A program made the position numbers and the translations under genes. A stretch of 64,000 nt of DNA from an uncultured Prochlorococcus sp. (GTDB lineage Bacteria > Cyanobacteriota > Cyanobacteriia > PCC-6307 > Cyanobiaceae). This document shows, in pieces, positions 27,535-39,487 of this stretch. The notes beneath the pieces are model-generated. The model saw only the letters and a program-made list of their open reading frames with translations, was not told the origin of the DNA and ran no database searches. Within the stretch, counting starts at the first letter, position 1. Each line of letters begins with the position of its first letter. The stretch lies in NCBI GenBank assembly GCA_902572825.1, contig CACGHD010000003.1, forward strand, positions 5,238 to 69,237. Reading direction: 5' to 3'.

Positions 27535-28437
27535 TTGATTTTCTATCATTGATTTGATTTCTTCGTAATTTATAATATATTTATTCTTACAAAATTCACA
27601 AACCAACTCTGCTTTGCCATCTTTCTTGAGGATGTCCTCTAACTCGCTCTTATCAAGCATTTTCATCGCATTTAAACTTCTTTGTTTGGAACACTTGCAT
27701 TTAAAACTCACTTCTTGAGAACGAGCTTTTTCAGAGATTGATTTATCGTCAATATCGGGAAATATATTTCTAATTAACGAAAGAAGATTATCTTTTGAAT
27801 TAAATAGATCTTCGCTGAAAGAATTAATTTCTTTGCATCTTTCTTCAAGTAGTGAGACTAGCAGAGGGTCAGTATCTTTTTTAGGTAAAACTTGAGCTAA
27901 TAAGCCACCACTACAAATAACACTTTTATTTTGAATTTTTTCTCCAATAAATACAGCAGAGGGAGTTTGCTCTGAATGATATAAATATGAAGCTAAGTCT
28001 TCAGCAATATTCCCATTTACTAATTCAACGGTGCTTGTAAAGGGTTCTCCAAATCCACTATCTCTAATTACATTTAAATATCCTGTACCTAATGCTTTTG
28101 TGAAATCAAAAGAATATTTATTATTATCTATTTTGACTAGGTCCAATTCTAAATTAGGATTCCCTACATAACCTCTAACTTTCCCGTCTCTTCCTGCATC
28201 AACTAGTAATCCCTTTAAAGGTCCGTCAGATCTAACTCTTAAAGTGACTCTCCCATGCATTATTTTCATCGAGCTTGCTAAAAGCAGTGAAGCACTAAAT
28301 GCTCTGCCTAAGATACAGGTGGTTAAGTAAGAAAGGCCGTGTCTTTTTTTTGCTTCTAAAGAAGATTCTGTTGTTAAGACCGCAACTAATCTTATTCCTC
28401 CATTGGCTGCGGTAGCCCGAACTATCCTATCCTGCAT
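27529..28437 (-). CDS. hslO: Hsp33 chaperone
   Basis: CKCS...CEFC zinc motif; SEQTPS. Confidence 0.95.
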   Translation of the reverse strand: MQDRIVRATAANGGIRLVAVLTTESSLEAKKRHGLSYLTTCILGRAFSASLLLASSMKIMHGRVTLRVRSDGPLKGLLVDAGRDGKVRGYVGNPNLELDLVKIDNNKYSFDFTKALGTGYLNVIRDSGFGEPFTSTVELVNGNIAEDLASYLYHSEQTPSAVFIGEKIQNKSVICSGGLLAQVLPKKDTDPLLVSLLEERCKEINSFSEDLFNSKDNLLSLIRNIFPDIDDKSISEKARSQEVSFKCKCSKQRSLNAMKMLDKSELEDILKKDGKAELVCEFCKNKYIINYEEIKSMIENQS

Positions 28438-29074
28438 GATTTTCTTTCATAAAATTTTTGATTTTCCCTTTTTCCAAGAATAATATCCTAGAAGGAATTC
28501 CCTCAAATAAGGCAGGTTCATGAGTAACAATAATAATTGTATTTTTATTTTTTAAATTAAGAATTAAATTCTTCACATCATTTCTCATTGAATAGTCTAA
28601 TCCAGCAGTTGGTTCATCAAGTAAAAGAATTGAGGGGTTTCTAAGTAGTTGAACTGCTACAGCTAACCGCCTTTGTTGTCCGCCACTTAGCTGTTCTGGT
28701 GGTTGAGTGAGATTAATTTTTTTCAAACCAACTTTATTTAAAACTATTTCTATATTTTTTTCTCTTAAAGATTTATGGCCTATTTTTAATTCTTTACCAA
28801 TGGTTGTACCTATAAAGTATCTTTCAGGAAATTGGAATACTACTCCACAAAACCATCTTCTTTGTCTAGAAGACAAAATTTTATTCTTCCAAGTAATTTT
28901 TCCCTTTTGCGGATTTGTTAATCCGCTTATTATTTCGAGTAGTGTTGTTTTCCCAGAACCACTACTGCCGCAAATTAAAATGATTTCATTTTCATGAACT
29001 TTTAAATTTAAATTGTCTATTATTTTTCTTTCACCAGTTTGGGGTTGATAAGATATTTCTTTTAAATCAAGCAT
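28427..29074 (-). CDS. ABC transporter ATP-binding protein
   Basis: [19 protein letters not shown]. Confidence 0.9.
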   Translation of the reverse strand: MLDLKEISYQPQTGERKIIDNLNLKVHENEIILICGSSGSGKTTLLEIISGLTNPQKGKITWKNKILSSRQRRWFCGVVFQFPERYFIGTTIGKELKIGHKSLREKNIEIVLNKVGLKKINLTQPPEQLSGGQQRRLAVAVQLLRNPSILLLDEPTAGLDYSMRNDVKNLILNLKNKNTIIIVTHEPALFEGIPSRILFLEKGKIKNFMKENHAG

Positions 29075-29157
29075 TATTAATTAAGTTATAGGTATGAATT
29101 TGAATCTAGTAATAACTTACTTATAATAGCTTTAGATCTAAAAAGATATTAGTCAAT

Positions 29158-29601
29158 ATGAATATTATTTTTAGGGAAGTTGATCCTTTTAATTGTTGGA
29201 TATGGATTAGGTTTTCAGAATCACCAACTCAAGACGAAAAAAATTATTTAGATGGTGTTTTTGATAGTTGGTACGTTTTAGGAAGGTTAGGTGGATTTAA
29301 TTCTGAAAATTTGCAAACTCATGAAGAGGGTTCCGATTTAAGTTGGATGTCCTATGATAATGACCAAAAAAATGCATCTCTTCCAGCCTTAATGCATAAT
29401 TTAGGAATTATGGAATATCAAAATCTTTGGGGAAGATGTTGGGTTGATTTTGGAACTTCAGACTCCATTTCAATAGATATATTAATTAATTCTTTGAATG
29501 AGATATCAAATAATTATGTAAAAATTGAAGAGTTAATTATTGGGGGTGAAAATAATGATTGGTCAGTTGAAGAACATGAAGATTTAGTTTTCAAAGATTA
29601 A
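29158..29601 (+). CDS. DUF3531-family protein
   Basis: FDSWYVLGRLGGFNSENLQ; WGRCWVDFGTSD. Confidence 0.75.
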   Translation: MNIIFREVDPFNCWIWIRFSESPTQDEKNYLDGVFDSWYVLGRLGGFNSENLQTHEEGSDLSWMSYDNDQKNASLPALMHNLGIMEYQNLWGRCWVDFGTSDSISIDILINSLNEISNNYVKIEELIIGGENNDWSVEEHEDLVFKD

Positions 29602-29610
29602 GTGTTTTAG

Positions 29611-30384
29611 ATGGAAGACTTAACAAGATTAATTATTTCCCATGAAAGAATTGAAAATATTAAGAACAATAATTTAGAACTTTCTAAAGAAGAGGCTCAT
29701 TATTTAAATAAAGTAATGAGGATAAAAAATGGTAAAAAAATATTTATAGCTAACGGAGAGGGTTCATTATGGAAAGCTATAAAAGTTAAAAATGATTGCT
29801 TAGAAATAATTAAATCAAAACAACCTTACTTATTTCAAGAACAAGAAATTCACTTATTAGGAATAGCTGTTGTTATACCAAAAAGTGGTTTTGAGGATAT
29901 TTTAAAAATGTGTACTGAAATAGGAATTGATTATATACAGCCATTATTTTCAGAAAGACAGGTAAACAAAAATTTAAATTTTTCTAGAAAAATTTTGAGA
30001 TGGAATTTAATTATCAATGAAGCTGTTGAGCAAAGTGAGAGATTATGGAAACCATCTATTTTAAATGGAATGGATATTATTGAATGGCTAAAAAGTAGAG
30101 ATAATCAAGAAAGAGTTTCAATTTCTATAACTAGAGAAGAAACACTATATGACTTAAATCAATGGTTAAGAAAACAACAAGAATTTGGAAATAAAAAAGG
30201 AGGTATTTTTTGGAATGTAATTGGTCCTGAAGGAGGTTGGTCCGCTAAAGAAATTGATTTTTTTAAAAAAATTAATATTACCTTTGTTAAGCTTTCCGAC
30301 ACTATCATGAGAACTTCAACGGCTAGTATTAACGCATCATCAATTCTAAATCAGTGGAGAATTGATTTGAAATTAAAGAATTAG
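29611..30384 (+). CDS. rsmE: 16S rRNA m3U1498 methyltransferase
   Basis: HYLNKVMR, EAVEQSER, IGPEGGWS, IMRTSTA. Confidence 0.9.
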   Translation: MEDLTRLIISHERIENIKNNNLELSKEEAHYLNKVMRIKNGKKIFIANGEGSLWKAIKVKNDCLEIIKSKQPYLFQEQEIHLLGIAVVIPKSGFEDILKMCTEIGIDYIQPLFSERQVNKNLNFSRKILRWNLIINEAVEQSERLWKPSILNGMDIIEWLKSRDNQERVSISITREETLYDLNQWLRKQQEFGNKKGGIFWNVIGPEGGWSAKEIDFFKKINITFVKLSDTIMRTSTASINASSILNQWRIDLKLKN

Positions 30385-30390
30385 ATAAAT

Positions 30391-31128
30391 ATGGATTTAA
30401 TTAGAAATCAATTTTTTATAGGTTTTTGCATTAATTTTATTTTGATTTATATATTTTGCAGGATTCCTTTGATGACGAAAAGTGGTTGGGTAAGTGCAGG
30501 CATCTTGGGCACAATTTTGTGGGGATGTTTGTCTTGGCAGGGATGGATGTCAGTTGTAATTTATTTATTATTTGGATCCCTCGTTACCAAAATAGGTTTT
30601 AAATTTAAAAAAGCACAAGGAATTGCTGAAAAAAGAGGCGGGAAGAGAGGTCCTGAGAATGTATGGGGCTCAGCAGCTACAGGATTATTTCTTGCCATTA
30701 TGACCAAATTTAATGCTGCCAATGTAGTGATGTTTAAAGTAGGTTTTGCTGCAAGTTTTGCTGCAAAGTTGGCGGATACTTTTGGTAGCGAAATTGGAAA
30801 AAGATTTGGTAAAGACACATACTTAATTACTTCACTTAAAAAGGTGGATAGGGGAACTGAGGGAGGAATAAGTATAGAAGGAACATTAGCTAGTGTTTTG
30901 GGATCAATATTTATGGCTTTTATAATGCTTCGTCTATCAATTATTTCTACAAAATATCATTTTATAGTTGTTGTAATTTCTGGATTCTTGGCAACACTTT
31001 CCGAAAGTATTATTGGTGCTAAATTTCAAAACAAATATAAATTAAGTAATGAATTGGTAAATGCTATTCAGACAAGTATTGCTTCTGTTTTTGCTATCTT
31101 TGCTCTTATTTTATATTCATATTTTTAA
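30391..31128 (+). CDS. DUF92 membrane protein
   Basis: GPENVWGS, LADTFGSEIG, GTEGGISIEGT. Confidence 0.85.
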   Translation: MDLIRNQFFIGFCINFILIYIFCRIPLMTKSGWVSAGILGTILWGCLSWQGWMSVVIYLLFGSLVTKIGFKFKKAQGIAEKRGGKRGPENVWGSAATGLFLAIMTKFNAANVVMFKVGFAASFAAKLADTFGSEIGKRFGKDTYLITSLKKVDRGTEGGISIEGTLASVLGSIFMAFIMLRLSIISTKYHFIVVVISGFLATLSESIIGAKFQNKYKLSNELVNAIQTSIASVFAIFALILYSYF

Positions 31129-31150
31129 ATTAATAATATTTTTTAAAGAC

Positions 31151-31795
31151 CTAAGATCCCTTCCATTTTGTAAGAATCTCCCAGCTTTTAAGTCTTTGGA
31201 AAAGCCAGAAATGACCTTCAGAATTTAGATGAATTCCATCATGCGTAATCCAATTTTTACTCCTTTTATCAGAGTACATTTCTCTAAAAGTAGGAAGAAA
31301 TGGGACATTCTGATTGAGGCATACTTCCTCCATTCTCCTTTCATAAGAATTACAAAAATCATTTGAGTACCATAGACATCCTGCGAAAGGCATTTTGCTT
31401 TCGTCAACTGGTGTCAAACCAATAACAAATACATTTGTTTGAGAGTTCATTTCATTAATTAGCCTCTCTAATCCATATTCAAATCCATCTATATCTAATT
31501 GATGTCTTCCATTTATCTGACCAATTGCTGCAGTGTCGTTAAGACCTACATTTAGTAGGATTGCTTTAGGTTTATTTCTTCTCGTTTCTCCTCTAGATGA
31601 CCATTCTTTTTCCCATCTAGATGAAACTTTTTCTATCCCATCTCCCCTAACGCCAAGTTGATAAATAACTGGCCCATTTTGGTTATTAACCCAATCTTTT
31701 CTAAGCCTCTCACACCATCCACCACCCTCATTATCTCCCCATCCATAAACTGAGCTATCTCCAATTACAACAAGCTGTTTTGGTAAACTAATCAC
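31151..31795 (-). CDS. GDSL/SGNH esterase
   Basis: GDSS, GLND, DGIH. Confidence 0.9.
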   Translation of the reverse strand: MISLPKQLVVIGDSSVYGWGDNEGGGWCERLRKDWVNNQNGPVIYQLGVRGDGIEKVSSRWEKEWSSRGETRRNKPKAILLNVGLNDTAAIGQINGRHQLDIDGFEYGLERLINEMNSQTNVFVIGLTPVDESKMPFAGCLWYSNDFCNSYERRMEEVCLNQNVPFLPTFREMYSDKRSKNWITHDGIHLNSEGHFWLFQRLKSWEILTKWKGS

Positions 31796-31844
31796 TATTA
31801 CCGGAAAAAAATAATTACTTGATTTAACAAATTATTCTTACAAA

Positions 31845-33347
31845 TCAAGTTAAACTATTTTTGATTTTACCATTTATTAATTCTCCAACTATTGCGATGG
31901 AGCTATAAGCTATCAAAACTATGGTGACTTCTTGCCATGCGAAGGAACTTAGTGATTCTTGCAATTGCCAACCTAGACCAACACTTCCAATAACCCCAAC
32001 AATTGCAGTTTCTCTAATAATAATGTCAGATCTATAAGCGCAATATGCTAAGTAACTTTTTGCTTGTTGAGAAAATAAACCTAAAAGCCAACTAGTCTTA
32101 TTTGAGATTCCTAGAGATTTCATTGCAATATAATTTCTCTTGTCTTGGCTATCTAGATTTGTAAAAAGTAATTTGCTAGTAATACCAGCGTTGTGTAGTC
32201 CTAATGTTAAAGCTGCTAAAGATAAAGAAGGATTATTAAAAGTTAATAGAGTTAGAAGTATTACAGGTGTAGGTATTAAACGTAATAAAAATGCAAAAAT
32301 TTTTATAAAAATTTTAGAACTATTGTTGTTAAAAATTCCTATTACTAATGGAGGTAAACTAATTGCGATTCCTGTTGACAAAAGACTTAAAATTATTGTT
32401 TCTAATATAAGTTTTAAGAAATCAAATAATCCTAAATCTGAGCTTGATTTAAAAAGAGAACTAACGGAATTAAAATTTTCAAAATTATTATTAAAAATAA
32501 AATAAAGAAAATATGAAAAAGAAAATAAAATTGTTATGAAAAAAACTGCAATAAAAAAAATAGATAGGATTTTATTTGTAGTATTAAATTTTATTTTTTT
32601 GAATATTAATCCAGAAAGAATTATCAAAATTGCTAAGGACCATAAATAAGTCCATAACTCTCTAAAATTCAAAGTTTGGAAAGATAAAAAAATACTGGTA
32701 CCTATTCCTCCAATCCCAAAAAGTCCTAAAATCACAGTACTTCTTATTGAACACTCTAATCGATATAAACCAAAGTTTTTAAATGTATTTATTATTGGAT
32801 TCCATATTAGAGTTAGTAAAGAAGAAAATTTAGGTGCATTTATTTGATTTATAGATTCAAAATTTTTGTAGTCAATAGTTTCTAATTGTTCAGCAAAAAC
32901 TTTTGAATTTACAGCAATATAAGGTATACATATAGCTATTATTCCTATCGAAAAATTTATTCCATATATTTGCATTAATATTATTCCCCAAACCACTTCG
33001 TGTATAGATCTAATAATTGTTAGAAAAAACCTTATTATGCGGTAGAAAAAATTTGGAATATTAATGATTTTATAAAAAATATTTGAGGAAATTATTCCAA
33101 AAATTGCTCCAAAAATAATACTTACTAACCAACTAAAAAAACCAATTAAAATAGTTTCATTTAATCGTTTAATTACGGTAATAATAATTTCATTATCGAT
33201 CTTGGGATTAAATGCAGAAATTAAGAATTCTTGGAATAATTTAAATCCTCCAAAATGAATATTGTTTATTAATTGATACCCTAGAGGTATGCATACCAAA
33301 ATTGGAAGAAAAGATAATGAGGTATAGTTAAATTTTAATTTGTTCAA
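31845..33347 (-). CDS. phnE: PhnE-like ABC permease (duplicated domain)
   Basis: YRLECSIRSTVILGLFGIGGIG and IRETAIVGVIGSVGLG. Confidence 0.8.
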   Translation of the reverse strand: MNKLKFNYTSLSFLPILVCIPLGYQLINNIHFGGFKLFQEFLISAFNPKIDNEIIITVIKRLNETILIGFFSWLVSIIFGAIFGIISSNIFYKIINIPNFFYRIIRFFLTIIRSIHEVVWGIILMQIYGINFSIGIIAICIPYIAVNSKVFAEQLETIDYKNFESINQINAPKFSSLLTLIWNPIINTFKNFGLYRLECSIRSTVILGLFGIGGIGTSIFLSFQTLNFRELWTYLWSLAILIILSGLIFKKIKFNTTNKILSIFFIAVFFITILFSFSYFLYFIFNNNFENFNSVSSLFKSSSDLGLFDFLKLILETIILSLLSTGIAISLPPLVIGIFNNNSSKIFIKIFAFLLRLIPTPVILLTLLTFNNPSLSLAALTLGLHNAGITSKLLFTNLDSQDKRNYIAMKSLGISNKTSWLLGLFSQQAKSYLAYCAYRSDIIIRETAIVGVIGSVGLGWQLQESLSSFAWQEVTIVLIAYSSIAIVGELINGKIKNSLT

Positions 33348-33351
33348 CTAA

Positions 33352-34092
33352 TTAATATATTTTCTCTAAATGAATCTTCTTTAAGTTATTTCTTTTGATA
33401 TTGAAAAAAATTTTACCATCCCTTATTCCAATAACTTTATCGAAATTGTTCAGCAAATCTAATCTATGTAATGCAACTAATGCCGTCTTTGGGGATTTTT
33501 TTCTATTATTTTTATCTACATTTTCTAGCAGAAGGTTTTTAATTGTTGTTATCAATTTGGGATCTAGATTATTAAAAGGCTCATCTGCAAGTATTATATT
33601 CGACTCTTGAATTAATGATCTAGCTATAGCCACCCTTTGTTTTTGCCCCCCAGATAGTTTTCCGATTTTTTTGTCGTAAATAGAGTTATGAAGTCTACAT
33701 AATTTCATATATTTATGCGCCTTCTTAAAAGAACTTATATTTAGTAAATTTTTAAAAGCGAAATAAAAATTGTTTTCCGCTAGTAGTCCACAATTAACAT
33801 TTTGTTCTGCGGAGAGATCTTCTATTAATCTTAAATCTTGCCAAATAGTTGTTATTTTACTTTTCTGCTTTCTATCTAATTCCTCGAAACTTTCATTGAA
33901 TAATTTAACCTTACCTTGAGTTGGCTTTATAGTGCCATTAAGTACTGATATAAGTGTAGTTTTTCCTGATCCGCTTTTACCTAAAAGTGCAATTTTTTCC
34001 CCAGAATTTATTTTTAAATTTATTTTATTTAGGATCAGATCATTTTTGTATTCACATGATATATTTTCTAATTCTAAGACAGTATTATTCAT
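33352..34092 (-). CDS. phnC: PhnC-like ABC ATPase
   Basis: GKSGSGKT, LSGGQKQRVAIAR, LADEP. Confidence 0.8.
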   Translation of the reverse strand: MNNTVLELENISCEYKNDLILNKINLKINSGEKIALLGKSGSGKTTLISVLNGTIKPTQGKVKLFNESFEELDRKQKSKITTIWQDLRLIEDLSAEQNVNCGLLAENNFYFAFKNLLNISSFKKAHKYMKLCRLHNSIYDKKIGKLSGGQKQRVAIARSLIQESNIILADEPFNNLDPKLITTIKNLLLENVDKNNRKKSPKTALVALHRLDLLNNFDKVIGIRDGKIFFNIKRNNLKKIHLEKIY

Positions 34093-34982
34093 CTAATTTT
34101 ATTTAATTTCCTCCCGATTTCCTCAATATTTTTATATTGTTTTGATTCTGCCTTTATAAATCTTTTTGTATTGAACATATCTAATATCTGTTTATGTGAT
34201 TTTTGCTTTATATCTAAATTTAGAATTACTGATTTAAGTTCTTTTGTAAACCCTTCCCCGAATCTATTTTCAAGATCACCTTGAGCTACCCAATGATAGT
34301 CAAAATATTCTGGTGTGATCCAGAATAATTCTAAATTACTTGTTCTTTTGGGATTGTTTTTAAGATTGTTTTCCCAAACCTGTTTATTTAAAGCTCCAGC
34401 ATCAAATGCCCCACTATTAACTAAAGCTATAGTGGCATCATGACTCCCACTAAAACCTGCTTTTTTCCCTTTAAAATGTTTAACTTCTACCCCTGCTTGA
34501 TTTAAAAAATATTCTGGCATTAATCTTCCAGAAGTTGAGCTTTCAGAGCCAAAAGTAAATCTTAAATTCTTTAGTTTTTTAAGTCCTTTTATGTTTGAAA
34601 TTGAGTTAAGTTCTAAATTTTTGTTTACTATAAAAACACTTTTAAATTCCTTATCGATATCTCTTTGAGCTATGACAATTGAATTAGGTGTTTGTAATCT
34701 TGCTTGAACTCCTGATAAACCGCCAAACCAAACTAAATCTAAATCTTTAGTTCTAAATCCAGTTACTGCTGCAACATAATTAATAACAGGAATGTATTTA
34801 ACTTCTACATCAAGTTGTTTGGATAATTCTTTTGAAAATAAATTAAATCTTTTGTCCAAAACATCTTGGTTTTGATCAGGTATTGCTCCAACTTTTAAAA
34901 CTTTGGGATTTGAAAATACAGGTGATAAAAAAACAGAAAATAATAGATATGAACTTATTAGAAAATTCTTTAAATTAAACAT
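34089..34982 (-). CDS. phnD: PhnD-like substrate-binding protein
   Basis: GAIPDQ, SSTSGRLMP, GSHDA. Confidence 0.85.
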   Translation of the reverse strand: MFNLKNFLISSYLLFSVFLSPVFSNPKVLKVGAIPDQNQDVLDKRFNLFSKELSKQLDVEVKYIPVINYVAAVTGFRTKDLDLVWFGGLSGVQARLQTPNSIVIAQRDIDKEFKSVFIVNKNLELNSISNIKGLKKLKNLRFTFGSESSTSGRLMPEYFLNQAGVEVKHFKGKKAGFSGSHDATIALVNSGAFDAGALNKQVWENNLKNNPKRTSNLELFWITPEYFDYHWVAQGDLENRFGEGFTKELKSVILNLDIKQKSHKQILDMFNTKRFIKAESKQYKNIEEIGRKLNKIR

Positions 34983-34994
34983 AACTAAGATAAA

Positions 34995-36191
34995 TTAATA
35001 GTATTCAGAGATTGCTTTTTCAATCCGTTGTAGTCCATCTTTTATTTTAATTTCTGAAGCTGCACAAGATATTCTTATACATTGATCAGCCCCAAAAGCT
35101 TTTCCTGGTATAACAACTAATCCGTAATCTTGAAGAGCTTTATTGCAGAAATCAACAGAGGTAATTGAGGAGTTTGGTAATTTTGGAAATGCGTAAAATG
35201 CTCCGTTAGGTTCTTCAATATAAATCCCATTTATATTATTAAGGCCCTCATAGAGAAGTCTTCTTCTTTGATCATAATGGCTATTTATCATTGAGAAAAA
35301 CTCATTATTAATTTTTAGAGCCTCTACAGCACCTTTTTGAACAAAAGAGCAAACATTACTTGTACTTTGACTTTGTAATGCTGAAGATGCTTTGATTACA
35401 TCTTTTGAACCTACTAAATAACCTATCCTCCAGCCAGTCATAGCCCACCCTTTCGCAAAACCATTTATTATAAAAATCCTATCTTTTAAGTCATTTGCTA
35501 TTGAAGATAAACTGAAATGTTTAAATTCTTTTTTAAGGATTAGTTCGTAAATCTCATCAGAAAGAATATTGATATTTGGATTTTCTCTAGCTAAATCGGC
35601 AATTTTTAATAATTCTTCCTTTGACATAACTCTTCCAGTAGGGTTATTAGGAGAATTGATAATTATAAATTTAGTTTTTGAAGAGATTTTAGACTTCAAA
35701 TCTTCTATATTTATTTTGAATCCATCTTCTGCAGAAGAATTTGTAAAAACTGGCTTCCCACCCGCCAATCTAACCATCTGGGGATAACTTAACCAATATG
35801 GAGAAGGAATAATAACTTCGTCTCCAGTATTTAACAATACTTGGAAAAGATTATATATTGCTTGCTTAGCACCATTTGTGACCATTACATTTTCAAATTC
35901 ATAATTTAAATTGTTTTGAATTTGAAGTTTATTAGCAATTGCTTTTCGGAGATCTAAATTCCCCGCTGCGGGCCCGTACTTAGTAAATCCATCAAATATA
36001 GCTTTACTTGTAGCCTCTATAACTTCTTTTGGGGCATCAAAATCAGGTTCACCTGCACTTAAATTGCAAATATCTACTCCTTCTGCAGATAATTGATTTG
36101 CTTTAGCACTTATATGCAATGTAAGAGAAGGCTCAATTGAAAGTGCCCGATCAGATAAATTAACTTGACTCATTGACTTATGACTTTTCAA
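34995..36191 (-). CDS. aspC: Aspartate aminotransferase (class I PLP)
   Basis: GEPDF, SPNNPTG, DEIY, AKGWAMTGWRIG. Confidence 0.85.
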   Translation of the reverse strand: MKSHKSMSQVNLSDRALSIEPSLTLHISAKANQLSAEGVDICNLSAGEPDFDAPKEVIEATSKAIFDGFTKYGPAAGNLDLRKAIANKLQIQNNLNYEFENVMVTNGAKQAIYNLFQVLLNTGDEVIIPSPYWLSYPQMVRLAGGKPVFTNSSAEDGFKINIEDLKSKISSKTKFIIINSPNNPTGRVMSKEELLKIADLARENPNINILSDEIYELILKKEFKHFSLSSIANDLKDRIFIINGFAKGWAMTGWRIGYLVGSKDVIKASSALQSQSTSNVCSFVQKGAVEALKINNEFFSMINSHYDQRRRLLYEGLNNINGIYIEEPNGAFYAFPKLPNSSITSVDFCNKALQDYGLVVIPGKAFGADQCIRISCAASEIKIKDGLQRIEKAISEYY

Positions 36192-36334
36192 ATATGACTT
36201 TTAATAATGACAAATGCATAAATTAAGAATAAATAAAACTATCACACAATGGTTTAATTTAGTTCATTTTCTTAATCTATTTTATTTTCATGTTTTGAGT
36301 TCTTAAGATAAAAATATTTAAAGTTTTATTTTCG

Positions 36335-36838
36335 GTGAAAAGGTTAGTAATTGGGAGAGGAAGTGTATTTGCAGATTTGTTAGTAATTGGTGAGGCACCT
36401 GGAGCCCAGGAAGATTTAGAAGGAAAACCTTATGTAGGTAAATCTGGTAAGTTATTAAACGAATTATTAGTACAAGCTGGAATTGATTATAAGAAGGATG
36501 TTTATTTTTGTAATGTAATTAAATGTCGTCCACCAAATAATAGAAAACCCACGGCTAGAGAAATTAATATTCATAAACCTTGGTTATTACAGCAAATAAA
36601 GTTAGTCGATCCAAAATTTATATTACTTACTGGTTCTACTGCTATGAGAGCTATTTTAGAAGTTAAAGATCCTATAAGTAATTTAAGAGGTCAATGGATT
36701 AAAAAAGATGGGAGACAAATTATGGTAATTTTTCATCCATCTTATTTGTTGAGATTTCCTTCAAAAGAAATCAATAAACCTTACCATCTAACTTTGAAAG
36801 ACCTAGAGAATGTAAGTGGTAAACTATATGCCGTATAA
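36335..36838 (+). CDS. Uracil-DNA glycosylase family 4-like
   Basis: GEAPG, KCRPPNNR, FHPSYL. Confidence 0.9.
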   Translation: MKRLVIGRGSVFADLLVIGEAPGAQEDLEGKPYVGKSGKLLNELLVQAGIDYKKDVYFCNVIKCRPPNNRKPTAREINIHKPWLLQQIKLVDPKFILLTGSTAMRAILEVKDPISNLRGQWIKKDGRQIMVIFHPSYLLRFPSKEINKPYHLTLKDLENVSGKLYAV

Positions 36839-36873
36839 TTTAGTGAAATCCTTTTTGAATATTAAGAATTTTA

Positions 36874-38091
36874 ATGTCATTAACTCAATCTAAAGAGGTT
36901 AATAGTCTCTCCAAAAGATATTCAACTCATATTGAGAGAAGGATAACTAGAACAGTAATGGTGGGTGATATAGCTATTGGAAGTGATTATCCAGTAAGAG
37001 TTCAATCGATGATAAATGAAGATACTATGGATGTCGAAAATGCTTACTTAGCTATCAAAAGACTTCATGATGTGGGTTGTGAAATAGTAAGGTTAACTGT
37101 CCCTTCCTTAGCACATGCCAAAGCAGTAGGAGATATAAAGGCAAAATTACTAGAAAATAATATCAATACCCCCTTGGTGGCTGATGTTCACCATAATGGT
37201 ATGAAAATTGCAATGGAAGTTGCAAAACATGTTGATAAAGTAAGAATTAATCCTGGATTGTTTGTTTTTGAAAAATCAGACCCTACAAGAACTGAATATA
37301 CAGATGAGGAATTTGAAACTATTAAGCAAACAATACTTAAAAGATTTACCCCTTTAGTTGAAGTTTTAAAGGCTGAAAACAAAGCTCTAAGGATTGGAGT
37401 AAATCATGGGTCTCTATCTGAGAGGATGCTTTTTACTTATGGAGATACGCCATTAGGAATGACAGAATCTGCGATGGAGTTCGTCAAAATTTGTGATGAG
37501 CTTGATTTTCATAACATAATTATTTCTATGAAAGCTTCTAGGGCTCCGGTCATGATGGCAGCTTACAGAATGATTGCAGATAGGCTTGACTCAGAAGGAT
37601 ATAACTATCCCTTACATTTAGGAGTGACCGAAGCTGGTGATGGTGATTATGGAAGGATTAAAAGTACTGCTGGAATTGGAACGCTTTTAGCAGAGGGATT
37701 AGGAGATACCATCAGGGTTTCCTTAACAGAAGCTCCAGAAAAGGAAATACCAGTGTGCTATTCAATTTTGCAATCTTTAGGATTAAGAAAAACAATGGTT
37801 GAATACATCAGTTGCCCCAGTTGTGGTAGAACACTTTTCAATCTAGAAGAAGTTGTAGATAAAGTTAGGAACGCTACCTCACATTTGACGGGTCTAGATA
37901 TAGCAATAATGGGATGTATTGTTAATGGGCCAGGAGAAATGGCAGATGCTGATTATGGTTATGTTGGAAAAGGTAAAGGAACTATTGCCTTATATAGAAG
38001 AAAAGAAGAGATAAAAAGAGTACCTGAAGATGAGGGTGTTAATGCTTTAATCCAACTTATTAAGGATGATGGGAAGTGGATTGATCCTTAA
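36874..38091 (+). CDS. ispG: HMBPP synthase
   Basis: [28 protein letters not shown]. Confidence 0.97.
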   Translation: MSLTQSKEVNSLSKRYSTHIERRITRTVMVGDIAIGSDYPVRVQSMINEDTMDVENAYLAIKRLHDVGCEIVRLTVPSLAHAKAVGDIKAKLLENNINTPLVADVHHNGMKIAMEVAKHVDKVRINPGLFVFEKSDPTRTEYTDEEFETIKQTILKRFTPLVEVLKAENKALRIGVNHGSLSERMLFTYGDTPLGMTESAMEFVKICDELDFHNIIISMKASRAPVMMAAYRMIADRLDSEGYNYPLHLGVTEAGDGDYGRIKSTAGIGTLLAEGLGDTIRVSLTEAPEKEIPVCYSILQSLGLRKTMVEYISCPSCGRTLFNLEEVVDKVRNATSHLTGLDIAIMGCIVNGPGEMADADYGYVGKGKGTIALYRRKEEIKRVPEDEGVNALIQLIKDDGKWIDP

Positions 38092-38140
38092 GGATTTGTC
38101 AAATTTTTGAATTATAAATAAATTCTTTTTATAATAAAAA

Positions 38141-39487
38141 ATGTGGAATTATTTGAAGATAAGAAAATTGCTTAAAAAAAAATATATATTTCTGTTTGCG
38201 ACATCCTTTTCTGGGTTATTTTTAAATAATTTTGCAGAGGCAACAGTTTTAAATAATAGTTATAAAGAAGTAATTGATCATGTTTGGCAAATTGTATATA
38301 GAGATTTTCTTGATTCAAACGGCAAATTTAAAAAGTCCAATTGGATTAATCTAAGAAAAGAAGTTTTATCAAAAACATATTCAGACAGCAATGAAGCATA
38401 TGATGCGATTAGAGATATGCTTTCTAATTTAGATGATTCTTATACAAGATTTTTAGAACCTAAGGAATTTAATCAAATGAGAATAGATACCTCTGGCGAA
38501 TTAACTGGAGTTGGTATCCAAATAGTTAAAGATAAAGAATCTGATGATTTAATAATTATTTCTCCCATAGAGGGCACCCCTGCATTTGATGCTGGAATTA
38601 AAGCTAGAGATAAAATATTATCCATAGATGATATTTCTACTGAAGATATGAATATTGAGGATGCCGTGAAATTAATAAGAGGACAAAGAGGTACTAAAGT
38701 AAAGCTTGAAATTCTTAGAGGTTCTCAATCCTTTTTTAAGACTTTATCAAGAGAAAAAATTGAAATAAAATCTGTATCAAGTAAAGTCAATCAAACCAAA
38801 AATGGCTTATCAATTGGCTATGTAAGAATTAAACAATTTAATGCAAATGCATCCAAAGAAACTAGAGATGCTATTAAGGATTTAGAAACAAAAAAAGTCG
38901 CAGGATATGTTCTTGACTTGAGAAGTAATCCTGGAGGTTTATTAGAATCAAGCATTGATATCTCAAGGCACTTCATTAACAAAGGAGTAATAGTAAGTAC
39001 AGTAAGTAAAGATGGTTTAAAAGAAACAAAAAAAGGGAACGGTCAAGCTCTAACAAAAAAGCCCTTAGTTGTCTTAGTTAATGAGGGTTCTGCTAGTGCT
39101 AGTGAAATAGTTTCTGGTGCAATAAAAGATAACAAAAGAGGAAAATTAGTTGGGAAGAAAACATTTGGTAAAGGTCTAGTTCAATCCATGAGAACTTTAG
39201 TTGATGGTTCAGGTCTAACTGTCACAGTCGCTAAGTATTTAACTCCGAACGGCACTGATATAAACAAATCTGGAATTATTCCAGACATAGAAGTAAAAAT
39301 GAATATAAACCCTATACTTCAAAGGGAGATAGGAACTAGAAAAGATAAACAATATAGAGCTGGTGAAAAAGAGCTAATAAATATAATTAATAGAAAGAAT
39401 CAGATAAGCGAATTTAATCCCGACACCACAAACCTTAATGCATTCCTAAAAATTAATAAGGAAGATAAAGTATTTTCATTAAATTAA
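38141..39487 (+). CDS. ctpA: C-terminal processing protease (S41)
   Basis: PDZ domain, DLRSNPGG, SASASEI, FGKG. Confidence 0.85.
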   Translation: MWNYLKIRKLLKKKYIFLFATSFSGLFLNNFAEATVLNNSYKEVIDHVWQIVYRDFLDSNGKFKKSNWINLRKEVLSKTYSDSNEAYDAIRDMLSNLDDSYTRFLEPKEFNQMRIDTSGELTGVGIQIVKDKESDDLIIISPIEGTPAFDAGIKARDKILSIDDISTEDMNIEDAVKLIRGQRGTKVKLEILRGSQSFFKTLSREKIEIKSVSSKVNQTKNGLSIGYVRIKQFNANASKETRDAIKDLETKKVAGYVLDLRSNPGGLLESSIDISRHFINKGVIVSTVSKDGLKETKKGNGQALTKKPLVVLVNEGSASASEIVSGAIKDNKRGKLVGKKTFGKGLVQSMRTLVDGSGLTVTVAKYLTPNGTDINKSGIIPDIEVKMNINPILQREIGTRKDKQYRAGEKELINIINRKNQISEFNPDTTNLNAFLKINKEDKVFSLN